Assembly: GCA_001949185.1 (NCBI GenBank) | Contig: BDGG01000004.1 | Coordinates: 1,637,620 to 1,701,619 of the forward strand | Source of the DNA: Ramazzottius varieornatus | Lineage: Eukaryota; Animalia; Tardigrada | Reading direction: 5' to 3' | Length of the DNA: 64,000 bases | In this document: piece after piece, positions 23,139-35,118 of the stretch | Position numbering within the stretch: the stretch's first letter is position 1 | Layout of the letters: every line of letters starts with the position of its first letter | Translations under genes and position numbers: made by a program | Notes under the pieces: generated by a model | Told to the model about the DNA's origin: nothing | Database searches by the model: none | Seen by the model: the letters and a program-made list of their open reading frames with translations, nothing else

Positions 23139-25865
23139 ATGGATATAGAGTCGATGCTGGTGGATGACAGTACGGACATAGTCTTCCTAGTCCACTATGG
23201 AGATCACACTGTTCGTGTGGAGCTGCCTCGTGAGAAGACCGTGGGTGAGTTGGCTCTTCCTGCGGTCAGTTGTCAAGGTCCTTCCGCGGCGAGAAGTGCT
23301 GCGTTGAGTGTTATGCAACTTTACCACTCCTCAACCCTGTACATACCCAGTGCATGACCAAACGTTATTATTTTATTGTTAGGAAGCCTGAAGATGGTTC
23401 TCACACGTAAGACGGGCCTTTCGGGCGATGACATGGATCTTCTCGGTTGGGATGCTCCCGCTGTTGCTGACGAGGTATACATTCGGTCATTTGTCAGTTT
23501 TGATAAGTAAAATTTAGATGAATAAGTAATGCATCTCTAAGTTGTGCCCCCCGCCGTGCTTTGCGTTAACTGGGCTTGCACTCGAGAACAGATGACGTTT
23601 GAGGAAATGGGCATCGAGAAAGAGTACAATCTGATACTGCTGGCGAAGAATGGATCCGAAGATGATCGGTAAGTAACCATGCTCTTTGACTGGTTACTGT
23701 TGCAGCTCCTCGGAGATCTTACCAAGTCTTACGTTCGTTCTTGCCTAATAAGAGTTTTCTCTCACAGCGACAAGACCTCGATGACTTATCATATTCAGAT
23801 GGAAGACGAAGAGAACGACGAGACGTTTAATCTCTACTTCAACGGCCTTCAGACTGTGCAAGATGTAAGGCGCGTCTTTCTTCTAGCAGGGAACCGTTGG
23901 TGTTAACATGGAACTTTTTCACCAGGTCAAAGGCCATGCAGCGACCTTGTCTCCCATACCTGTGGATCGCCAGAGATGGGATGGCTGGCCTTGGCCCATT
24001 TCAGACCACCAGGTATTTATCTCTCGTTACAGATGTGGTTCTCTTTGCATTCATACTGAATATATGTTCTTTCCGTATTCCTAGAGTTTGATGGAAGTGG
24101 GGCTCAAAACGCCCACGCACAAACTGAGGCTGAACCGTATTCGTGATATCGTCCGGCCACTTGGCTCGAACAATGCTCGGGTACCCTTCCGCTCATCTTA
24201 TTAATTTTACTTCACTGATGTTTGTGTGGTAAGATCGTGACAATGTCTGTTCTACTGTGGTAGTCGAATTACCTGGATACTGACAATATTACCGAGGACG
24301 AAGATGACACTGAAGACGATCTGGAAGCAGTCGCATCCGCTAGCCCGTCCTTGGCTGCCCAACGGGGATCTCTGAGTAGGGTTGTGCGCTCTTTACCTTA
24401 AACTTTGGGAGGGACTTTTGGGGAAACCGAGCGCTTCAAATTTTTTGTATTGTGTAGTTCCCGATGTTACCTTGCCCATAGGAGCTGCAGTCGACCTCTT
24501 CGTACAGAATTTTGAACAAAGGTTCGTTTTCAACTGACCGGAGAGCTCGGCGAACACACTGGTGTGAAATCATATCTAAGCCGTCCAATGATTTTCGCAG
24601 GTATGGAGACAAACACGTCAGTTTCTTCGTTGGGGCCCTCAAAGACGCCATGTCATTTGCCTTCGATCGCCCTATTACCGATGTGTGTACTACACGAATC
24701 CTCTTGCTTGTTTTGTTCTCGCTTATGATGCCAGTATTAATTAACGCGGGATTTATCACAAGTCTCTCTCAACAATGGTATGTCGTTACAGAGACAACTG
24801 TTGGTGATATACCTTCACCATGACAGATCGATATCGGTCAACATTTTCGTCACTCAGATCCTGCAAAGTCCCCTAATCATCGAGCACGTTACTGACCGAG
24901 TAGTTGTGTGGCCATGGGACGTGACTGCGGACGACAACAAGAAAATTGTTCGGAGAGAAATCGAGCAAGCGCTGGGAGTGGACGGAGGTATTCCTCTCAG
25001 CTCTATCGCTGACCAGTATCCATTCATGCTCATCTGCGCCAAAATGAAGGGATCCGTCGAGTTACTCAGAACAATCGACGGTTCAAAGACCGCGAGCGAA
25101 GTCCTACATGCTTTGGAATACGCCGATGGTGTCCAGTCCCGCGCCAAAGCGATCGAGGTCAGCGAACAGGTACGTCATCCGGGCTGTGAGTTCTGAACAG
25201 TCTCTGTTACAGACTATTATTCACAGGAGGCACGAAACCGAAATCGAATCATGGTGGAAGAGCAGAATGTTGCCTATCAGAAGTCTTTAGAAGCGGACCA
25301 AGCCAAAGTAAGTGATGAAATTCCTGTTGCGGTTTTCGCTTCCTTCTCATTTTCCCTCAGAAGATTCGTGCGGATGGCTTTTTATTTGGTTGACTGAGTT
25401 GTGTTACTGTTTCAGGCGGAAGCCAAGCGTCTTTTGGAACAGCAGGCTCAGCTCGCGGAGAACGACGCGAGGGAGCTGATACGTCGACGTGAAAGACGAC
25501 AGGAAGAAGCCGCTGCCTCTCTCCCCCCGGAGCCTTCACAAGCAAATGGAGATCCCATCACCATTATTCGCCTTAAAACACCCGATGGAAAGAACTTGAC
25601 ACGTCGCTTTTCTTCAAATGAACCGCTGAAACAACTGTACAAGTTCGCCTTAGCCAATGGCTTTCCGCAGGAAGAATTCAAGCTGGTTTGCAGCTTCCCT
25701 AGAAAAGACGTAAGTTAGCTTTTGCAGATAGCAGAGGACAGGCTTGTCGAAAAATACTTTGCGTGAATAGTATTCATGTTTCAGCTGGGCGAACTGGATC
25801 AGCACAAGTCTCTGAAGGAGCTCGGATTGACACAGCAGATTGCTTTGTTTGTCGAAGAGAACTGA
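23139..25865 (+). CDS. FAF1: FAS-associated factor 1-like (two UBL domains, UAS, coiled coil, UBX)
   Basis: IPVDRQRWDGWP, FFVGALKDA, LLVIYLHHDRSISVNIF, VWPWDVT, EEQNVAYQKSLEADQAK, LPPEP...IRLKTPDG...RRF...SFPRKD, LFVEE. Confidence 0.88.
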
Positions 25866-26737
25866 AGTTTCCTCTCGAGTTGTTTCTAAACGGTGACAGT
25901 AAGTCTAGTTTTTCTTTTCGATTTTCTGTTTGATACTACGGAGAAACTTCCCTAGTTTACTGATGTGTTTTTATCGAATTTAGTCCACCCGATGGATATA
26001 GTACAGTATCTTCTTCGCTTTTGTTTGCTGCATATTCTTAACCATATATATGGTCAAAAATTGTTTTAGAGTGGAACACAACGAAGTAAAACTTCTTCCG
26101 GTAGTCTACCGTAGCTGTGTGCGGCAGAAGATATCAGAGGAAGGCTGGAACATGTCGTCGAGAATTTGGGCATTTTGGGGGTTGTATGTATGGTGGACCA
26201 GGAAGTATTGTTGAAGTCTTCAAGTGGGTTTGAGTGGTCGTCCTTAATTGTTTACTCTACCTGCAGCTCACGTTCGTCTTGAATGTTTTCTATGTGCAGC
26301 TGCGTAGATACCACAAAGGATGAGCGCGAACCAATATGGACATGGCTGGTACTTTTGGTGATCGGTGGGCCAGCAGTTGAGCCCGTCACATCATGATGAG
26401 AGGCCGAGCGTTGGCTCTTGCACGCCTGATTGAAAGCCAGTTTGTTTCATGGGTCTTGAACTCCAATGTAAAGCAAGTCTGCTGTTTTAACCTGCGTACA
26501 TTGTTCTGTTTAGACCAATTAGCACGATTACATAATAGGTCAACATTCAAACAACTTCCTCGCTCGCATCTGATTTAGAGGCGCTCAACTTTCCATGCGC
26601 TGGCGCGAAGTGTCAAGATCCTCCGTCAATACCTCATCTCGCTAAGTGAGTCTTCGGATTATAATTATTTTGTTCGGAACTCGCAGCGATCCCCACGAAC
26701 AATTGTTTGAATCTGATGCTGATTGACAGCCTGAAAA

Positions 26738-28026
26738 ATGGAAACAAGAATGATCACCGCGTATCTGTTGGCAGTAGTCGTGCTGCTCAGCTGCAATAAA
26801 GCGGAAGCCCAAGTTGGACGCGTCGGGAAGTGTCCGGATTATCAAGGTCTGCAGGATTTCAGCTTTGAACGAGTAGGTCATCTAGATGCACCAGAAAATT
26901 TTCTGCCGACCCGAATAAAACTTGTTGATTACTTTCGCGCCTCAAGTGTAAGTACCTTTGTCCACATGACCATCCTGTGCTTAGTACGCCAACGGGACCT
27001 GGTACGAGGTCGCCAAATTCTTCACCGTTATGGAGACAAAATGCGTAGCAATGGAGTTCGTCCCACACAATGGCACCATCCTTGTGGTCAGCACTGCTCT
27101 GGAGAAAATGTACGTAATGGTACACTGTGTCAGTATGGCACTTGAATCCTAGCTGTTGTCCGCTCAGTAACGTCCGGTCTGCCGTTTTAGGATTCTTCCG
27201 CCTCCTGTGCAGCAAGCTCCCCCTCCTCCTGCACAGCTTCGACATTCCAAACATGGTGGATTCCCGCTGATGAGCCATCATGATAAGAAGCTTGTCATTG
27301 AGCATTTAAAGGCACAAAGAACACGTCGGAACATCAACCAGGCGGAGCCGTAAGTGTCGGTCTTCTGTTTCCATCTTTTGGTCGGGTCTTGGTGCCCAGA
27401 TATACAATAACCCAGAAAGTTATCGGAAACAGTTAGCGACCGGAACTGCTCCTGTCTAACCGTTTCCTTGTCCGCTAGAATCTTTACTCCAGTCAAGGTA
27501 GTAGGCTTCGTTTCCGAGAAGGTCCCTCCTGCAACATTGAGATTCAACTACACGGAAGGTGAGAAGTGGGAACAGATATGTTACTTTCGGCAAATTTTCT
27601 GCTGCCAAGCACGTAAGAATTAACCCACCATCGGCTTCGTACTATAGGAACAAGCATGCAGGAGTATCGAGTCCTTGACACCGACTACGAAACTTACGCG
27701 ACGGTAAGTCACCGATCGATCCTGAAGAGCCACGATCACCCTTTGTACCGTACAGTACTAGTGCGACCATCTGTTGCAGATTTGGTCGTGCACGGAAATG
27801 TTCAACGGAGTTTTCCATAACCAGTTTGTATCCATTCTAAGGTAACGCTGCTCTGCTCCACGCTTTGAGTTCTTAAGTTCTCCGTTTACAAACCTCGTTA
27901 ATGTAATGTAGTCGCACAAGAACGGTCGAGCCGTCCCTTATCAACGAGCTTGTGGCAAAGCTAACCGCAGCCGGACTGGAGACCTCTCATCTGGTCGTGT
28001 CCGATCAACAACGATGTGATAGTTGA
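26738..28026 (+). CDS. APOD: Apolipoprotein D-like lipocalin 2, with an inserted exon
   Basis: Signal peptide, GKCP, YANGTWYEV, KCVAMEF, YRVLDTDYETYATIWSC, ILSRTRT, SDQQRC. Confidence 0.85.
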
Positions 28027-28552
28027 TCAGAGCACCTCGTGTTCACTGACCTGCAGTGATTAAACAATTCGATTCTAGCGAACCTGCCTCGAGATAAAAC
28101 GTGGGACCGGTGAAGAAACCAGCGGGCTCATCATACTTCAAAAAGTATCGTACGTAATGTAAAAGACGCGTGCACGAGAAACATTTCCCTCACAATCACC
28201 ATATCGCCATTTACGGGAACTTCCATTATGTGTCTTTGGAAAGTTTATCAGGAATGATCAATAAAAATTCAAAAAATAAGAATGGAATGCGTCATTGAGA
28301 AACTAACGTGGTTAAAGAGCTAACGCTAAGGAAGCGTAGAGGAGGCGAAGCATTAACTTCTCAAAAAACCATCACGACAAAAAGCCTGATGTCCACCTGG
28401 AGACATAGGAATGGACTCCAAAAAGGCTTCATCTAAATTCTCAGGAATATCCGCGCACGATCGAGCCATCGTCTAAACGTAGAATCAAGTATCAAAGTAC
28501 CACAGACCAGAGAAGAATTGAGCACAAACGTGACATCAGATTTCGCTAGGAC

Positions 28553-29461
28553 TCAGGGATCCAGGTTGAATGCAGACAGCTGGTACTCAGGAGGCAGACG
28601 ATGGTTCAAGGTGTCCATCAGATCGACCGTCTTTGCGAGGTTTTCCTGAATCCTGTCCAACGTCTTGTTGACATCACTTACGCTTCCAAAAGTGTCAGCA
28701 TATCGCGACAGCAACTTTTGCTTCTCGGAAAGAAGCGATGTTTCACGAGACACTACTTCATCAGCCTACAAACCATCGGAATTAGCCAAAAGTGAAAAGT
28801 TTCAGATCGAAAATTACCATAGTATACCTCTTTTATACGGGCGATAACTTTGTGCTGCTCTACTCCAACGATGTCCGAACACTGTCGCAGATACTGTTGG
28901 TACCGCAGACCGATCATCAGGATTTTCCGGTAATCCAGCCGATCACCCAGTTCCGGATCTTTAACGGCAGTCACATTCACAGAGGTCTTGACGAGGGGTA
29001 AGAAGGTTGGGAGTGACTAAACAGATGGAACAAACGGTGGCCACAACAGGACGATACACTATTTGTCATTCTTCACACTTGGCACTGCCTACCCTCAAGT
29101 GCTCTAAATCAGGATCCGACTCGGCCGGAGAACCTTCTGTTGCACCTTCTCTGACGACATGGATTTCTTGAGGGATCGGAGGCTTGTTAGTTCTGACTGT
29201 GGGAATGGCATCACTGAGGAAGCGAGAAAGGCGTCCTGGTCCAGTCGTTCCTCTTGACTGCTGAGCCAGATCTGTATCCGAAAAAACAACTGACACGAGT
29301 GGTAAAAAGACAGGCTATCATGATTCAAGAAGAGCACATGTCTCACCTATCGGTGGACTTCGAACAGATGGCGAGGTTTCCTCCGGAAATGATCGTACAG
29401 TCGATGGGGTAGGAGGTGCACCATCGCCCTGGTTCTGCTGAGTGCTGATTTCCGATCCCAT
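28553..29461 (-). CDS. BORCS5: BLOC-1-related complex subunit 5 (myrlysin / LOH12CR1)
   Basis: MGSEIS myristoylation-type start, IHVVREG, DPDLEHLRSLPTFLPL, LRYQQYLRQCS...EQ...RIKE, LNHRLPPEYQL. Confidence 0.9.
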
Positions 29462-31009
29462 CTTTTCGAGTCATACAGCTTCAGTAGCAATGCATGTTAC
29501 TGGTGAGTATGGACGTTAAGACGGCAGAGAAGCGCGAAACGAAAGTACGAAAGGAAGAACAGGATCCCAGAGAACAATTCAAAAACATAGACGAGCTGCT
29601 GAATATGGCATCCACTTTGACATGGCTTGCCAACACTCTGAAAGCGGAAAACGCTGTTTGCGAGTCATCACAAACTTCATCATACCGATTAGTACTGCGT
29701 ACATGGCGCAGACTCCCAGTGTGGAGAACGTGGTTCAAACCCTGTGGCACAGCTTTATACTGCCTTTCCGTCTGGTCCGGAATACTAGTCCGTCATGGCC
29801 ACCTTAATTTGATGTACGTTGCCGCTTCGACCGGCTGCCAGCTGCTTTTTCCATGGCATCAGTTAGGCCAGGCGCGTGCACACCCTTTCATAGGGGAAAC
29901 TCTTTCCTTGTACAGGGGCAGGTGGTCAGCCAAAGGGTGACCACTGGTCAGTCGTTACTTGTGGGTGCGCAGAGGTGCGCGTTGGTTATCGAATGCCCCT
30001 CATTAAACCAGCAACTTCATGTTGTTAGATGCGTTCTTGAGCCCATAGGAGTAAATCACCCAGTTCCAAATGATTTTTTTCATTTTTTGTATTTCATCTA
30101 GAACCATTCACGACTGCAATGTTTTTTCTTCTGACTCTGTTTAGTTATGCTTGAGTTTGGCGAGACGGTTTTCTTTTGTTGCTGGCAGTCCTTGATTAAA
30201 TGAAAAGCTCATTATGGGTTTTGCTGTAGGTTACATCACACCATGTTCTGTGTATCGTGTACATTTGACGTCCACCGTATCGGCCATACCTTCTTGTTAG
30301 CGGAACGTAATCAATCGGTCGCTCAATCAGGTGTCTTACGCTCCAGTAAGGCCATATTCAGCGGCTTGCTATGCTTTGCCTTCGCAGCACTTTACCGTCA
30401 AAATGTCTTCGGGGGTTTGCGAATTTTGCCTTCAGTATAACCTTCAGCGTATCCAGACAACTACTAAACTCGTAACCGTACTGCACCACAATTTCGAAAA
30501 ATAATCGTAACACCGCACCGTAACTCGTACCCCTCACAACGATGTACACTCAGCATACTGAAACGCCGCAGCCGAAATAGCGGCCACGGCCAAGCCAGTT
30601 GCTTGGGTTTGCAACGCAAGAAAATTTATTTTTCACTTGTTTCCGCCTTTCTCCTCGCTTTCTTCCTGGATCTGTTTTGACTTTCGCTGCCACCTCGCCA
30701 TGGAACACTCATCGTATATTTCGGATGAGAATGACGACAACGAGATAGTGTTCGATGGTATCTTCCCATCTGGTTCGCCCAACAGCACTGGCTGCAGTGG
30801 GGGTGTCAAACGCCTGAAAACTGAGGACATCAGTCAAGATATACTCCCCGATCGTTCTACAAGCGCTTTCGACGCGGAATGGGACAACCAAGACGAGTCG
30901 GACGAACTGACTATGAATTCTGTCATCCTCGACGACGATCCTAATATTCCGAGCACTTCTTCTGGAGTTGGAAGGTACGTTTTCAAATTTTCCAACGTAT
31001 CTCAAAAAC

Positions 31010-31240
31010 ACTTATAAACCACTGGACCTGCAAATGTTCACGCCGGCGAAGTTGTCTTCGTATAAGCCGTCGAAGTTATCACTTTACACGCCGGCGGAAA
31101 TGCCACTGCACAAGCCGGCGAAGTCCGTATCCTATCGTCTCAGTTGTCATTGTACGCGCCGGTGGAGACGGCAGACCACACGCCGGCGTGGATGTTACTC
31201 CTCACGCCGGCGAAATCCGTGTACATGCCGTACTCGCCGA
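31010..31240 (+). repeat. 24-bp minisatellite (core TACACGCCGGCGAAG) in transposase intron 1
   Basis: About 9 degenerate units; related arrays at 31730-31825 and 33145-33290, and in inverse at 33372-33442. Confidence 0.75.
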
Positions 31241-31407
31241 TTGAGATGACGATATGTACGGTGTTTGTGTGGTTTATTTGCACTATGTAGTCCACAAATG
31301 CAATATTCATTGCAAGCAATATATCGATTGGATATTTCAGGAACTTTGCAATCTTCAAAGACTCTTCGGTGAACAATGCTGATAGGTCGGTTGTATATAT
31401 GTTGGAA

Positions 31408-31410
<3 letters not shown>

Positions 31411-31437
<27 letters not shown>
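31411..31437 (+). repeat. (GAC)9 microsatellite encoding poly-Asp
   Basis: GAC x9 within the predicted second exon. Confidence 0.9.
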
Positions 31438-31438
<1 letters not shown>

Positions 31439-33496
31439 CATCAGCTATCACCGGCGCCTCCACGCACAGCAGCGCTAATGAGCCAGTGCACATGTGCATT
31501 ACCCCGTAAGTAGTCGGGATTATGAGCAGCGCACAAGTGACTCCAGCGTTAACTGGATCACTTACCTGTTGCAGGGAGACATCGTTTTCTGTATCAGACC
31601 ATGAGCCAAAACGAATATCTCAGCCAGTGGTTACATTTTCTGGACGTGGAAATCTTGCCTTAGGAGCTCCCGTGGCGGACAGCGCTCTGGGACCATGTTA
31701 TGAGATGTGAGTCAAGCTGCTTCTTTTCAATACATGCCGGCAGAGTTTTTACTGTATAAACCTGTGAAGATGCCGTTGTATAAGCCGATGAAGATGCTGG
31801 TGTGCACGCCGACGGAGTTGTCAACGTAGTGAAATCTAACATCATATTGCTTCCTGCAGAGATAACCTTTATCGTTGTTTCCAAACGGTGGAAAGCGATG
31901 CGTCAGTTCTCGCCTGGTTGTGTAATCCAGAAGTCCTTGATGCGTACAAATATCACCGAATACCTCAGCGCTTCCGAAGTCAAGCGTGGTTTGCCGTTTC
32001 CTTCCGGTCCGAGCAAAGAGAACGGATCTACGGACTAATTCTGGGCGACGGGAACGGCAGCTGGAAAGAATCAAATGAACGGTTTGGTAGTGGTAGCAAG
32101 CATGATGACGACCAGACGCCGTTCTTATTCATGAAGAAGGACTGGTATAGTCGACCTAATGGGAAGCCTAATGGCTTCAAGCGACGTCTTCTTGTAATTG
32201 TGTCGTCAGAGGGCTGCAGCAAGCCAGTCGAGTTTTTCTTCGTGATCCAGTATGTATGGTCCGACGAAAGCAAGATCGCACCATTCCCGCCTGGGAAAAC
32301 CTACACCAACCGCGCTATCACAAGCGCGAGCAAGAAGCTAGCGTCACCTGTTGCACGCGGCAAGCCCATGAGCCCTAGAGACATCGTTCTCGAAGTTGCG
32401 TCAACTATACCCGAAATCAACCGCGAGGTGAACCCATATTATCGACCGAAAGATATGCGACAGGTCATGACCATCAGAAACACGGTCAACAAGAACACAT
32501 ACGGAGAAGACGTGGAAAGCTACCTGCGAAGGAAGGAAGGGGTCATTCTTCGTCAGTACCAGAACGAGGATGGATCGGAGTCTGAGAATTTCGTCGTGGT
32601 AGATCCGTACCACGTTGAGCTGATAGCGACGAACGGCGACCAAAAGCTAAAGTGTGAGTCGATTAAGGTCAGAGCGATTGCCTATTCCGGCAATGTTGAC
32701 AAAGTACACGCCAGCGATATTTACGCTGTAAACACCGGCAGTCTTTGGGCGATGACAAATCTCAGCACTGATTTGAAAAACACCATCAGAAGAACTTTGT
32801 CGAGAAACTAATCCTACCGGCACGTGAAAAGATGGGTTTCTCGCGCGACCTTCCTAATACTAATCTGTCTGAGGCCATGAACAAAACGCTCAAAGCCTTT
32901 TGTGGCACGCACAACGATCCCCGGGAAGTGGTTGAGAGGTTGCTTAAGATGTACGCCGATGAAACTGTGTTCATGTTGCAGGCCCTGAAAGATCAAGGCC
33001 GATACAGAATAGCCGAGCAGTACAGAGAAGACCTTCTCCTGTCGCGAGAGAAAGCACACGACAATACCCACATAATGTCCAAAGTGCAACGGTTGTTCTC
33101 CCAGTGCAACGTGAACACCATGGTTGTCGTTGCATTGAGTCGAAAAGTAAGTACCAGCGGAGTTGTTGCAAGTAGGCCGGTGGTGTTAGTACGTTTTGTT
33201 GGCGAAGATGCTGCATTGTCCGCCGTCGGAGTTGCCAAAGCCTACGCGAGCAGAGCTGCCGCGCTTTGTGCCGGTGAAGTCTTGTTGGTTCGTCTAATAG
33301 TAGAACAGGTACATAGTGCTCGTCTGTAACTGTGACATGTTGTAGGTCGATTTGTCGGGAGATGGAACAAGACCACTTCGCCGGCCTGTACAGTAATTAC
33401 TTCGCCGGCCTGTACAGTAACCACTTCGCCGGCCTGTACAGACCGTTCATGCAATGCCAACACCCGTTACAGAGAAACAACTACAATCCAGCCCTG

Positions 33497-35118
33497 TTAT
33501 TTGAAACTACGGTACGAACCCTCGGGAACAGTTTCTTCCAGTTCGGGAACTTGTTGGACGGGCACCAGGAAGGAGACGATCTTACCGTTCTCCACCTTGC
33601 TTTGGACCATGAACTGCTGACCTGGAGTTCCGGCAGGACTTCCAGCAGGAACGGCTGTAACGATGGTGCTCACAGGTAGCATTTCGGTCATGGCTAACTG
33701 AAAAACAAGCAAATACGTAATAGCATGTGCTGGATTTTCCGTCATAACCGTAATAAATAGCTCTCACCGGCTGGCACCTTTTTCCTCGCACCAGTGTTCT
33801 TCGCTCTTTTGATTTTCTTGATACTGGATGGGTTTTCCAGTCGGTTAATCGACTTCTCAGATGAACTGGCTGGCTCTAAGCTGTGCGCTTTTCCGTTGTC
33901 GGTCAAGGTGGTCAACTCGCATTCGAGCGCTGAAGCCATGCTGGGCGGCTCCAGCGACTGACAGCCTGCAGCTAAAATATTATCTCCCGCAGACAGTCCT
34001 GCATCAATTCTCGCTTGTTTACTGCTCGTCGTACCTGGAAAAATATTGAAAATGAATATCCTGTGAGCGGAATTCAATGGAAAATTCAATGGGATGAACA
34101 TACAGCATAAATAATTTTCCAGACATTCGAGAGTCAAGGTACACTACCGAAATGTTCGGTTGAACCCGCGCATTACTTAGACTGCTTCGGCACTAGAGGT
34201 AAAATTTTTTGAAGTTACCCCTAGGTTCGGCAGTCGCGCCTCCTCTGCTTCCACCTTTTCCTCGGCCTCTGGCGGGAGATACTCCGTTGATAGGCACAGG
34301 ATTGGAGCTTTGAAACACATTGGCTTTTTCCGCCGTCATCTGCAAAGAACTGGTCCTGTCTGCCTGGGCCGTTCTCTTTCCGGTCTTCATACTCTTGATT
34401 CCGCTGCAAAATTAAACATCACTCAACGTAATGCATAAGTCTATCCGGAGAAAACAAACGTGAATTTTTCCCCAGAGTTTATACCTGGCCTCCATCAAGG
34501 CGCCGTTCTCGGCCGAGGCCTTGGCATTGTTCTCTGTGTTCTGCAACATCAGCGAATCGCTGTACATCCACTCGTCATACCTGAAGAGGAGAAATCATCA
34601 GACATCTTCCTTCTGCCGCATCCGATGGATGTCGGAGCCTGCTTACCGTTTTCCCCAACCCGGGTAATGGATTCTGTAGATGGGCACGGATGTCGTCTCA
34701 TCTCCGGAATACTTGTACGTTTCGATCAGAATAAGCTTAGCTTCGTGCCACTGTCCCTTACTGATGACCCATACATCGTCACCTGCAACACAAGCACCAG
34801 TAATCAGCAAAAGCAGTCGGGAGAAAGAAATGATTCGACACTGAAAGTGCGAAGCTATGACCAGCTACCGACCTCTTTCCGCAACTTCGTGTGGGTCGAG
34901 ATTATGCGCGACTTGATCTGGGTGATCATCAATCAGAGGTTTTCTAGAGACGTACCTATGCTGAATTTCTTCATGAAATCTTCGAGACGCATTTCTGTGT
35001 GGTCGTTCAGCTCCTTCTTCATGTTTCTGTTTGGTGTGCTGGGAGCAGGGTTGATGGTCATGATCGGCGGAGGGATGCCTCCGTGTGAAGGGGCACTGCA
35101 CGTCGATGTCTTGTCCAT
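33497..35118 (-). CDS. Transposon-borne chromo-barrel (Tudor-knot, MRG15/MSL3/Esa1-type) protein
   Basis: Exons 34782-34647 and 34580-34485 splice in phase to GDDVWVISKGQWHEAKLILIE...YRIHYPGWGKRYDEWMYSDSLMLQNTEN; later exons are basic or low complexity (ARGRGKGGSRGG, KKIKRAK); 5' and 3' exon structure less certain. Confidence 0.72.

Larger units (their letters stand above)
30700..33146 (+). pseudogene. Spliced Mutator-like transposase, internally deleted and frameshifted
   Basis: In-phase exons 30700-30974, 31341-31505, 31575-31706, 31860 onward; GDGNGSW...FKRRL...VIQY, RPKDMRQV, NTNLSEAMNKTLK (MULE-type E motif), ALKDQGRYRI; stop and frameshift near 32810. Confidence 0.65.

Noticed and set aside
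33497-35118. Host MRG15, MSL3 or KAT8 gene
   Set aside because: No MRG or MYST domain follows the chromo barrel, and the gene lies inside TIRs and a TSD
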